The translations under genes and the position numbers were made by a program. From Candidatus Marinacidobacterales bacterium (lineage in GTDB: Bacteria; Acidobacteriota; Vicinamibacteria; Marinacidobacterales; SMYC01), in contig OZ250169.1 of NCBI GenBank assembly GCA_965237955.1, positions 1,888,001 to 1,952,000 of the forward strand: a stretch of DNA of 64,000 bases, in the 5' to 3' direction. The notes under the pieces are model-generated. The model did not search any database and was not told the origin of the DNA. It saw only the letters and a list, made by a program, of their open reading frames with translations. This document shows, one piece after another, positions 28,559 to 37,842 of the stretch (its first letter is position 1; every line of letters begins with the position of its first letter).

Positions 28559-30610
28559 CGGGGAGCCGCAACGCCACCAGCGACCCCGGATGCGTCCGGC
28601 TCATGATCTGCACCACGATGTACTGCTGGCCATCGTGCAGATACGTCATCATGCCGTACTGGCCCGGTGCGGGCATGTCGACGACTCCCAGGAGCTCGCC
28701 GGTCTTTTTGTCGATGGCGCGGAGTACCGGTTTCCCGCGCGCACCCTCGGCATGGATGAGGAGGCTCTTCGTGACCACGGTATTGGGATGCGAGTTTACC
28801 CCGGTGTTGGGGAGGTCTACTCCTTTTAGGGCTGGGTGGTTCTTGATGCGCTCCGGCGTGTCTCCGTTCGGGATCTGCCAGAGGTGCTAGCCCGTGTTCA
28901 TGTCGATGGCCGTAATCCGGCTGTAGGGCGGCTTGTAGATCGGAAGGCCCTGCGGCCCGTGAAAGTCTCCACGATTCGCCACCACCCAGTCCGCGACCGT
29001 TTTTCCTGTGGTCATCGGATCGTCGGGCTCGTCCATGTCGTGCCCCGGCACGATGTTCTCGGATCGACATCCGGTCCTGGAGGACACGTACAGGACCCCG
29101 GTCTCCGGATCCGCTGACGTCGGACCATAGATGTTCGTCGCGCCATTCGGACAGAGGACGAACGAGCGCAGTCCGGACGGGTGGTCCACCTGGATCGGCG
29201 CGTTGAAGATCGGCCCGGTCTTGTAGTTCTTAGTAATGTCCAGTGCCTCCCGACGAAGCTCGGGGGTGAAGTCGATGAGGTCGTCCTCGGTGAGCCCTTG
29301 CATGTCATAAGGCAGCGGCCACGTGGGGAAGGGCTGGGTGGGCGAGAGCTTCTCTCCCGGCAGGTCCGACTGCGGAACCTCGCGCTCCTCGATGGGCCAC
29401 ACCGGCTCGCCCGTCTCCCGGTTGAAGGTAAAGGCCCACGCTTGTTTCGTCGTTTGAACAAACAATCGGGGTCGGCCGTCCATCGACGGTGACATTCATG
29501 ACGACCGGGGCGGTGGGATTGTCGTAGTTCCAAATGTCGTGGTGCACCAACTGGAAGTGCCACACCCGCTCGCCCGTTTTGACGTCGAGGGCGAGCAGGC
29601 TGGTGCCGAAAAGATTGTCGCCCGGCCGGAAGCCGCCGTAGAAGTCGATAGTCGGCGGGTTGGTGGGAATGTAGACGATCCCCCCCGCTCCGGGTCGGCC
29701 GACATGGGCGCCCACGAAGAGACATCGCCGGTGGTCTTCCACGCGTCGTTCTCCCACGTCTCGTGACCGAGTTCGCCGGGACGGGGGATGACGTGGAACT
29801 TCCATAGATGTTTCCCGGTGCGCGCGTCATAGGCAAGGATGTCGCCCGGGATGTTCTCGGTGCGCGTCTGGTAGTAACCCTGCTCGTGGACGTTGCTTAC
29901 GATCACGACACCGTTCACCACGATGGGCTGCGACGAGCTGCTGAGGTTTCCGAGATCCTGCGGGATCCCGTGGTCGGGATCGTACGTATAGCCGGACTCG
30001 AGCCAAGGGTCCCAGTCGGCGACGAGGTCGGGCAGCAAATCCACGACCCCGCTTTCGGGAAAACCGGGGAGAGGCACGCGCGCTCCCCAGTTCTCGAGGT
30101 GTCGGCCGGTCTTGGCGTCGAGCGCGTGGAGAAAGAATGCATGGCTCGCGGTGAAGATCACTCCATTGCCGTCGACCTCGGCGTGGGCGACTCCCTTCCC
30201 ATAGTTATTCCGCATACCTCGCTGGTAGCGCGTCGTGTGAGACTCGCGGTGCGTCCAGATCGTCTCCCCTGTGGCCGGCTCGATGGCGATGACCGTGCGA
30301 CGTCGGCCGGCGACGGTGTACAGCAATCCATCGACATAGATCGGCGTCGACCGGAAGAGATAGTCCACGGTAGGTCCGTAGTTGTCCCCCTCCATACCCA
30401 AGCCTGCTCGAGGTCTTCGAAGTTCGCCGCGTTGATCTGGTCGAGGGGTGAGTACCGGGTGTGCCCGGCGTCGCCACCGATGTATCGCCACTCGCCTTCC
30501 GGGCTGCCGCGCTCCTGGGTGGCGGCCGGAACCGGCGCAAAAGCGATGAGGCCCAGCGCGAGTGGGAAGTACAACGCGAACGTGAGTGGACCGTTTGCTC
30601 TCGTCTTCAT
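28551..30610 (-). pseudogene. PQQ-dependent (quinoprotein glucose-type) dehydrogenase with about 3 frameshifts and an in-frame TAG
   Basis: EWRYIGGD...[42 protein letters not shown] and SPTQPFP; stop in AIDMNTG*HLWQIP at 28887-28889. Confidence 0.85.
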
Positions 30611-30702
30611 CGTTCGCTCCTCTTCACGGAAACGAGTACGACGAGAGCGAGTCTATTGATCCGCGGGCGCGTATTCAATCAGCTGTTCGCGGTACGAGAC
30701 GC

Positions 30703-32338
30703 TCACGGGGAATTCCTGCGGCGCACGATCCTTCGGCACGAGTCTTTGTTGCGTTCACTCTTGGGCACGGGGCAACGACGTGCGCGACGAAGCCGCCACG
30801 ATTGAGACGCCGCCGCTAGATCGACCGCGGTGACGGACGCCGCCCGCCAGCGCGTGATCTGCTGAGAGCCGGAATCATCGAAGCGGTGCACGCCCTTGAG
30901 ATCGTCATCGTCGAACAGAGCACCGACATACGTGTCCGCGGGCGCAAGCTCCGTGGGCTCGGACGCCGACAGCTCCACCCAGCTCGTTTCGTCTTCGAAA
31001 CGGTAGAGACCGCGTCCTCGAAACGCGGCGAGAAGGTCGTCGTCGAGATGCGAGAGAAGGTAAGGATCCCAGGGGGTTACTTGTGTACCGTTGAGCCGGT
31101 TCCCTTCTGCGACACCGAGATCTAAGGCGAAGTTATACCCGTAGAGGTTTCTCCGGAACTCCAGCGCGGCCTCCGGAGCGGACGGGTCGAACGGCATCCA
31201 CCAGATCCGCGGTTTGTGCAGGTCGCCGACGACAATCCATTGCGCGCCCTGACCATCCACGAGGTCCGCGATCAAGAATCGACCGGCGTAAATGAAGCTC
31301 GGGTCTTGGTCGGAGAGCCTCGTCCATCCGAGAGGCTTCCAAAAAAACCACACTCCCTCGGGTCCGAAATCGACGAGGAGCTTGTTCCCTTGGACCTCCA
31401 TCGCCTCCGGTCCCCACGTCGCGATCTGCATCCACTCGGTTTCGTCCCAGTACCATACGCCTGGCTGGGAGCGAAACCGCGCGACGAGGCCGCCTTCAAT
31501 CGGGAGAACCTCGGTCGCAGTCCATCTGGCGATGCGTGTCCACCCCGCGTCGTCGAGATGGTAAAGCCCCTTCTTCCGCTTGAAGGTCGCGAGAAGCGTC
31601 TCCCCCCGAGCGCGGACGAGGACGGGGTTCGACCGGGCCAGCCGAATCCAACCGTAGGCTCCGTCATAGCGCCACAGTCCGCGGCGACCGAAGTCCACGG
31701 CGACGGCCGGTCGGGGCACTTCGAGCAAATCCGTGGCGATGGGTATCGGGCATGCGGTTTCCGCTCCGGTCGCGTCGTAGTGCATGCGCCCCGAGCCATC
31801 GATGGCGAACGCGCGCTGCCCCTCGACCGTCAACACTTCGGGAATCGTGTTGTAGCAGTAGTTCATCACGCTGTTGGGATCCGAGGCGGGGATGGGATTG
31901 GACCTAGAGCCTGGGGTCCAGATGTGGAAATATCCGTCTTTGGCAAACGGCGAGGTTCTGATCCCCCGAGGCGGGGATGGGATTGGACCTAGAGCCTGGG
32001 GTCCGGAAATATCCGTCTTTGGCAAACGGCGAGGTTCTGCCCAAATCGGCCGGAAGGGGAGCGGTTTCGGGATAGCCGGGAATACCAATGCCGCTACACT
32101 CGGGTCCCGAGCGGCACAGGTTCGTCACGTCCGAGTAGTATCCGAAGTTCGCGGCGGCGTAAGCTTCCTCGGCTCGGTAGACGGTGCGCGCGTCCGCGAT
32201 GGCCTGCGCTTCGTCGGAGGCGACGTCGGCGCGCAGAAGCTTCGGCGCGAGAATCGCTGCTCCTAATGCGATGAACGCGAAAAGGACAATCAGCTCCGCA
32301 CGCGTCAGGTAACCCCGTTCTACTGTGTGGCAGTTCAC
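30703..32338 (-). pseudogene. Type IV pilin-like N-terminus fused to a Trp/Gly-rich repeat (beta-propeller-like) domain, frameshifted by a tandem duplication
   Basis: Prepilin-like RGYLTRAELIVLFAFIALGAAILAP...EAQAIADARTV..AEEAY; repeats DFGxxGLWxY...WxxL...P. An extra 79 bp at 31961-32039 shifts the frame. Confidence 0.7.
31881..32039. repeat. Imperfect tandem duplication (about 79 bp)
   Basis: ccgaggcggggatgggattggacctagagcctggggtcc[agatgt]ggaaatatccgtctttggcaaacggcgaggttctg occurs twice; the second copy lacks agatgt. Confidence 0.92.
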
Positions 32339-32380
32339 CGCTTCTCCTCATCGGAAAGGGCCGGGGTTGAGAGGACATAG

Positions 32381-32397
32381 TGCAAGTTCAGTGCCAA
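32381..32397 (-). promoter_or_regulatory. Sigma54 promoter of the pilin-like gene
   Basis: Minus strand TTGGCACTGAACTTGCA, a near-consensus -24/-12 site about 40 bp upstream of the start. Confidence 0.7.
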
Positions 32398-32556
32398 TCG
32401 GGCGGCGTGGCTAAGTCAAGCTAAACGAGTTGGATACGTCACTCGTGCGCCACAACCGTGTCGCCGGCGACAATTTTTTGTAACGCGGGGTGCCGCAATT
32501 TGAGGTTGTGCGACCGTATACCTTGTCATGACCGGATACAATGAGACAGGGATTCG

Positions 32557-33084
32557 GTGGATTTCGTAAAGGTCTTGAAACAACTGTCGGAGTTTCTAGA
32601 GGGGCGGAAGTATCCCTATGCCGTCATCGGTGGGGTCGGGCTTGCCGGCTACGGAATGTCGCGGGCGACCGTGGATTTGGATCTCGTGCTCGATGCGAGT
32701 GCGCAGCCAGAAATGATCGCGTTTCTCGAATCCCTCGGCTACGAGACGCTTCATCGCTCGACGGGTTATTCGAACCACCGACATGGCGAGCCCGAGATGG
32801 GAAGCGTCGACCTGGTTTATGTACGCGACGAAACAAGCCGGAGGGTCTTCGACGCGACTCGTGTTCTCCAAGGGCCGGGAGGTTTGAAGATTCCCATTCC
32901 GAGCCCGGAGCATCTGATCGCCATGAAAGTGGTCGCGATGAAGAACGATCCGTCGCGAACGTACCAGGATTTAGCCGACATTCGTTTTCTTCTGACGCTT
33001 AACCACGTGGACCGCGAGCACGTTCGGGCTCAATTTGAAAAACACGGACTTTTGGAGCGCTATCATGAGTTCGAAGCATCCTGA
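32557..33084 (+). CDS. Nucleotidyltransferase (DUF6036/AbiEii-like), putative toxin
   Basis: IGGVGLAGYGMSRATVDLDL motif and C-terminal MKVVA...R..QDLADI. Confidence 0.72.
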   Translation: MDFVKVLKQLSEFLEGRKYPYAVIGGVGLAGYGMSRATVDLDLVLDASAQPEMIAFLESLGYETLHRSTGYSNHRHGEPEMGSVDLVYVRDETSRRVFDATRVLQGPGGLKIPIPSPEHLIAMKVVAMKNDPSRTYQDLADIRFLLTLNHVDREHVRAQFEKHGLLERYHEFEAS

Positions 33085-33265
33085 ACCACTGGACCTCGAG
33101 AGAGATTTGCCGACCACGCCGGAAGACGTGGCCGCGCTCAAACGGATTCGGGAGCGCCAACGGCTCGGCTTTGCCGACTATCTGGAGTTTCTCTCCCGGC
33201 TCGAGCTTCCGACTCACGGAGTCCGCCGGAAAACGCACAAGGGATACGAGCCGTTCGAGCTCTGA
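33065..33265 (+). CDS. Small hypothetical protein overlapping the nucleotidyltransferase (putative antitoxin)
   Basis: 66 aa, LDLERDLPTTPEDVAAL...YLEFL...EPFEL; 20-nt overlap with the upstream gene. Confidence 0.6.
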   Translation: MSSKHPEPLDLERDLPTTPEDVAALKRIRERQRLGFADYLEFLSRLELPTHGVRRKTHKGYEPFEL

Positions 33266-33295
33266 GCCTCGTCGCGGCGCCGCAATGCTCTTGAG

Positions 33296-33652
33296 CTAGC
33301 GCTCGGCGTCCTTCGTCTCCTCGAGATGCAGCTTGTGCAGCATGCGATGGAGCGCAGGTGCGACCAAGATCGCGGTGAGGGACACGAACAAAAGTCGGGC
33401 GTAAAGAATGAAAACGCCGGCGAATACCCGTGCGCCAGCCGAATCAGCAATGTGGTCGACGTCGTGCTGTCCGAGGACGAGGCACGCACGATGGAAAGCT
33501 TCCGACCAACTCATCTGATAGAAATAAACCATCCCGAGCGTGCCCCCGAGCAAGGACATGCCGACGAGCGCGAGCGTTGCGAGGAACGCGCGCGCCATGC
33601 GGCCGATGAACTGCCGGCGTGCGAGGAGCGGCTCTTTGCGATGCTCGAACAT
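33296..33652 (-). CDS. Small two-TM membrane protein (ion-channel-pore-like hypothetical)
   Basis: MFEHRKEPLL..., TM helix, WSEAF pore-like helix, second TM and APALHRMLHKLH. Confidence 0.65.
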   Translation of the reverse strand: MFEHRKEPLLARRQFIGRMARAFLATLALVGMSLLGGTLGMVYFYQMSWSEAFHRACLVLGQHDVDHIADSAGARVFAGVFILYARLLFVSLTAILVAPALHRMLHKLHLEETKDAER

Positions 33653-33751
33653 GGGGACGCGGAGCACGGAAACGTTCTAGAATCGATCGAACCATATGGA
33701 TGACGAATTGTCGACCGCGGGGTTTTCGGGAGTGCGCTCGACGAAGGCGCG

Positions 33752-34237
33752 TTGAACGAGGTGAATAGAGCGAACGTGAGAAACACCAAGCGTTCAAAGC
33801 CGACAGTGAGCGTCGGCACGTTTCGTGACGATCCGCTCTGCCAACGAATCGCGCGCACTGTGGAGCAGATACTGGCGCGGGGCAAGGTCGTGGCCCCCGT
33901 CGATGTCCTGATCGGCATGGACTTGCTCACGCCCGAGCGCCTCGAGGATTGGCGTCGCGGACGGGTGCCGTACCTGGAGAAAGTCATCAACTGCAACCTC
34001 AACCGGCTCTCCAAACTCCTGCGAATCCTCCGGTTCCACGCCCACGATCTCAACCTCGTGCCCTCGATCACGGTGTATACACGCTGGAGCAAAGGTCCGA
34101 AGCGGCGGCTGCGATTCACCAAGAATGCCGATCCCAAGCTCGAGGAAGCCTACGCGAGGCACTTCGTGTGGCCCGGCAAGGAGCCGTTCCATCTACCCGC
34201 TCCTCGAGAGAAGAATGTCCCAGCTCTCCCTCGATAG
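33752..34237 (+). CDS. Basic hypothetical protein upstream of SNF2 helicase
   Basis: VAPVDVL..M..L....LEDWRRGRVPYLEKV...LRFTK...LEEAYARHFV; overlaps the SNF2 start. Exact start uncertain. Confidence 0.7.
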   Translation: MNEVNRANVRNTKRSKPTVSVGTFRDDPLCQRIARTVEQILARGKVVAPVDVLIGMDLLTPERLEDWRRGRVPYLEKVINCNLNRLSKLLRILRFHAHDLNLVPSITVYTRWSKGPKRRLRFTKNADPKLEEAYARHFVWPGKEPFHLPAPREKNVPALPR

Positions 34238-36950
34238 CGCCCCTGACAAAAGCGGCACCCTCGTTTGCGGATTGACCCCGAGCGGTCACATCGACGTCCA
34301 CCCCGGCTCGCCGGATGAGGACGAGGGCCCCAGCCTGTCCACCGCAGTTGAACGGCGCATTGTCGATGCGTTCAACGTCGGGCGCGGGCATGGAGTGCTG
34401 CACCTCGGCGCGGGCGAGCTGAGCACCGACCTTCACCCGACCCTTTCGTATTGGCGCGACATCGGGCGGTCCTTCGTGGCCGGAGTCTGCGGTGCGCTGG
34501 ACCCGCCCGACCCGAAATCCTTGGTCATCCCCGCCCTCGCCCCGGACGAGCTCGCGGTTTTCTGCGAGGCGACGCCTCCCATGCAGGGCGCCGAGCTGGT
34601 CACGGCCGCGCTGCTTGGCGACCTGTGGTCCGACATCGGCGAGGCGCTGGCGGCCGAAGCAGCGCGGTACGAGGACGGGGTCCAGGGCTATCTGAAGAAT
34701 CAGAGCTCGGTCTGGAACGTGGTCGGACGGGTCTGCTTTCATCTGGCCGAGAACAAGCGCGACCTTTCGTTTCCCTTCGCCTTCATCGCGACTTACGTGC
34801 ACAAGGTCTCGAGCCAGGCCAAGCTCCAGTATCTGCCGCTCGGGCGTGCGCTCGAAGACTACGCCGGGGCGAAGAACCGCCAGAAGTTGCTCGCGCTGCT
34901 CTCTCCACTGTCGCGCGCGTCTGAGCGGAGCGAATTCGTCCGCGAGCTGGTCGACTCCGGCGATATCTACCACCCGATGTCCTGGACACCCAAGGAGGCC
35001 CACCGTTTCCTGTGCGAGGTCGCGCTCTACGAGCAAGCCGGTCTGGTCGTACGCATGCCCGAGGGGTGGAACAAAAAGAGTCGTCCCCGCCCCAAGGTCT
35101 CCGTGTCGGTGGGCGGCAAGGCGCCGTCGACGTTGGGCATGGACGCCCTCTTGGACTTCGACGTGAAGCTGACCCTCGATGGCAAGAGCCTGTCACCGAA
35201 GGAAATGGACGCGTTGCTCGCATCCACCGAGGGCCTGGTCTTGATCAAGGGCAAGTGGGTCGAGGTGGACAAGGACAAGCTCGCCGAAGTCCTCGCTCAG
35301 TGGCGCGACGTGCAGAAGCAAGCCCGGGCGGGCGGAGTGAGCTTTGGCGAGGCCATGCGCATGCTGGCTGGCGCCGAGCTCGATTCCGGCGAGTCGGACC
35401 GCGCCGAGGACGCCCGGCCGGAATGGTCGGAGGTCATCGCCGGAAAATGGCTTGCGTCACGGCTCGACGCGCTGCGCTCGCCCGAGCTACGGGCGGAGAT
35501 CGAGGCGGACGCTGGCTTGCGGGGCGAGCTCCGACCCTACCAGAAGCTCGGTGTGCAGTGGCTTTGGACCCTGCGCGGTCTGGAGCTTGGCGGCTGCCTG
35601 GCCGACGACATGGGCCTCGGCAAGACTATCCAGGTGCTCGGCGTGCTGTCTCTGAGTCGGCGCAAAAAAGAGAAGGGCACAGCCCTCTTGGTGGTGCCGG
35701 CCTCGCTCCTCGACAACTGGCGCCTGGAGTTCGAGCGTTTCGCCCCAGAGCTCGAGGTGCTCATCGCCCACCCGTCGCGCATCCCGCCGCCAGAGCTCAA
35801 GAAGCTACCATTGAAGAAGGTGGAGACTCACGACGCGGTGATCACCACCTACGGCACCGCGATGCGCACCGAGTGGATAAAGTCCCATGTGTGGCGGTAC
35901 GTGATCCTGGACGAGGCCCAGGCCATCAAGAATCCTGGTGCCAAGCAGACCAAGGCGGTCAAGGCGTTGAACGCGAGGTGGCGCGTGGCTCTGACCGGCA
36001 CGCCGGTGGAGAACCGGCTCGGCGACCTGTGGTCGATCTTCGACTTCCTGAACCCGGGGCTTCTGGGCTCGGCCCAGGCTTTCTCCCGCCTGTCGAAGTC
36101 CATGGCGTCGAGTGGCTACGCGCCGCTGCGCAGACTGGTGCAGCCCTACATTTTGAGAAGGCTCAAGACCGACAAGAGGGTCATTTCCGATTTGCCCGAC
36201 AAGACCGAGGTCAATGCTTACTGCTTGCTGAGCAAGCGTCAAGCTGTCCTGTACGAGCAGTCGGTCGATGAGATGAAAAAGGCCCTCGCGGAGCTCGAAG
36301 GCATCGAGCGGCGCGGTGTGGTCCTGGCCTTTCTGATGCGCTTCAAGCAGATCTGCAACCACCCGTCCCAGTGGCTCGGCGACGGAAGCTACGAGGCCGA
36401 AGACAGCGGCAAGCTCTCGCGGCTCGGTGAGCTCGGCGAGTCTATCGCTGCGCGGCAGGACAAGGTGCTCGTGTTTACCCAGTTTCGCGAGATGACGGAG
36501 CCGCTGGCTTCTTTTCTGGCCGAGGTCTTTGGCAGGAGCGGCCTCGTGCTCCACGGGGGCACACCGGTCAAGAAGCGCCAGGGGATGGTCGAGCGCTTTC
36601 AAGAGGACGATCGAGTGCCGTTCATGGTGGCTTCGCTGAAGGCGGGAGGCATCGGGCTCAACCTGACCGCCGCGTCGCATGTGATCCACTTCGATCGGTG
36701 GTGGAACCCGGCGGTCGAGAACCAGGCCACGGACCGGGCCTTTCGCATCGGCCAAAAGAAGAACGTGCTCGTTCACAAGTTCGTCTGCCGGGGTACGGTG
36801 GAGGAGCGCATCGACGAGCTGATCGCCAGCAAACAGAAGCTCTCCGACGAGATCCTGTCTGGCGGCGCGGAGTCGGCCTTGACCGAGATGAGCAACGAGG
36901 AGTTGATCTCGATGGTGTCGCTCGACCTGAATAGCGCCGTGGAGCGATAG
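34215..36950 (+). CDS. SNF2-family helicase/ATPase
   Basis: LRPYQ, LADDMGLGKT, LDEAQAIKN, ALTGTPVEN, LRRLK, QICNHP, GIGLNLT and WWNPAVENQATDRAFRIGQ. Confidence 0.95.
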   Translation: MSQLSLDSAPDKSGTLVCGLTPSGHIDVHPGSPDEDEGPSLSTAVERRIVDAFNVGRGHGVLHLGAGELSTDLHPTLSYWRDIGRSFVAGVCGALDPPDPKSLVIPALAPDELAVFCEATPPMQGAELVTAALLGDLWSDIGEALAAEAARYEDGVQGYLKNQSSVWNVVGRVCFHLAENKRDLSFPFAFIATYVHKVSSQAKLQYLPLGRALEDYAGAKNRQKLLALLSPLSRASERSEFVRELVDSGDIYHPMSWTPKEAHRFLCEVALYEQAGLVVRMPEGWNKKSRPRPKVSVSVGGKAPSTLGMDALLDFDVKLTLDGKSLSPKEMDALLASTEGLVLIKGKWVEVDKDKLAEVLAQWRDVQKQARAGGVSFGEAMRMLAGAELDSGESDRAEDARPEWSEVIAGKWLASRLDALRSPELRAEIEADAGLRGELRPYQKLGVQWLWTLRGLELGGCLADDMGLGKTIQVLGVLSLSRRKKEKGTALLVVPASLLDNWRLEFERFAPELEVLIAHPSRIPPPELKKLPLKKVETHDAVITTYGTAMRTEWIKSHVWRYVILDEAQAIKNPGAKQTKAVKALNARWRVALTGTPVENRLGDLWSIFDFLNPGLLGSAQAFSRLSKSMASSGYAPLRRLVQPYILRRLKTDKRVISDLPDKTEVNAYCLLSKRQAVLYEQSVDEMKKALAELEGIERRGVVLAFLMRFKQICNHPSQWLGDGSYEAEDSGKLSRLGELGESIAARQDKVLVFTQFREMTEPLASFLAEVFGRSGLVLHGGTPVKKRQGMVERFQEDDRVPFMVASLKAGGIGLNLTAASHVIHFDRWWNPAVENQATDRAFRIGQKKNVLVHKFVCRGTVEERIDELIASKQKLSDEILSGGAESALTEMSNEELISMVSLDLNSAVER

Positions 36951-36953
36951 CTC

Positions 36954-37766
36954 ATGGGCTGGTACTCGGACGACGATTGGGACGACGACTGGCGACCCTA
37001 TGTTTCAGTGGCCGAGCGCCGCCGCAAGGCCGCGAAGAGGCTCGCCAAGATGAAAAAGGCCGGTCGCCAGATCTCGCCGGTCGAGATTGCGGGCCGCAAG
37101 ATCGCGCTCACCTTCTGGGGCGACGCCTGGTGCAAGAACCTCGAGTCCTACAGTGACTACTCGAACCGCCTGCCTCGCGGCCGGACCTACGTGCGCAACG
37201 GCTCGGTGATCGATCTGCATATCGGGGCCGGACGTGCGCGCTCTCTCGTCAGCGGGACGGACATCTACGAGGTGGACATCGAGATCCAGCCCCTCGCCGA
37301 GCAGCGGTGGACCGGCATCAAGGGCCAATGCGCGGGCCAGATCGACTCGCTGGTCGAGCTGCTGCAGGGCTCCATCTCCGAGGGCGTGATGCAGATCGTG
37401 ACCCGCAAGGGAGAGGGACTGTTCCCATCACCCCGAGAGATCTCGCTGAGCTGCTCGTGCCCCGACTGGGCGATCCTGTGCAAGCACGTGGCGGCGACGC
37501 TCTACGGCGTGGGCGCGCGCCTCGACCACGAGCCGAAGATGCTGTTCACCTTACGAGGTGTCGACCCCGCCGAGATGGTGGAGGCGGCTTTTGACCGACC
37601 ACCGAGCGGAGACAAGGCCCGGAGTAGCAGGATGCTCCCATCGGACGCGCTGTCATCGGTCTTCGGCGTCGATATCGATATGGGTGGGGTCTCTCCGGGG
37701 CTGAAGAAAGCGGCTGAGGCGAAGAAACGGACCGCGACACGAACCACCAGGCAGAGGAAGAAATAG
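36954..37766 (+). CDS. SWIM zinc-finger protein
   Basis: NRLPRGRTYVRNG and CSCPDW...CKHVAA; 3 bp after the SNF2 stop. Confidence 0.9.
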   Translation: MGWYSDDDWDDDWRPYVSVAERRRKAAKRLAKMKKAGRQISPVEIAGRKIALTFWGDAWCKNLESYSDYSNRLPRGRTYVRNGSVIDLHIGAGRARSLVSGTDIYEVDIEIQPLAEQRWTGIKGQCAGQIDSLVELLQGSISEGVMQIVTRKGEGLFPSPREISLSCSCPDWAILCKHVAATLYGVGARLDHEPKMLFTLRGVDPAEMVEAAFDRPPSGDKARSSRMLPSDALSSVFGVDIDMGGVSPGLKKAAEAKKRTATRTTRQRKK

Positions 37767-37842
37767 AAACCTATCACCTTGACAAGACGTTTTTTTTGGC
37801 GTGTGATGGAATGAACACGATTGCCAACTTCATCTGCTCACT

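Noticed and set aside
28887-28889. Pyrrolysine or amber read-through in the PQQ dehydrogenase
   Set aside because: The same gene also has several frameshifts, so a GAG-to-TAG nonsense change in a pseudogene is simpler.
31881-32039. Possible CRISPR or DGR template/variable repeat pair
   Set aside because: Only two adjacent copies, differing by a 6-bp indel rather than adenine-specific substitutions, and no reverse transcriptase nearby.
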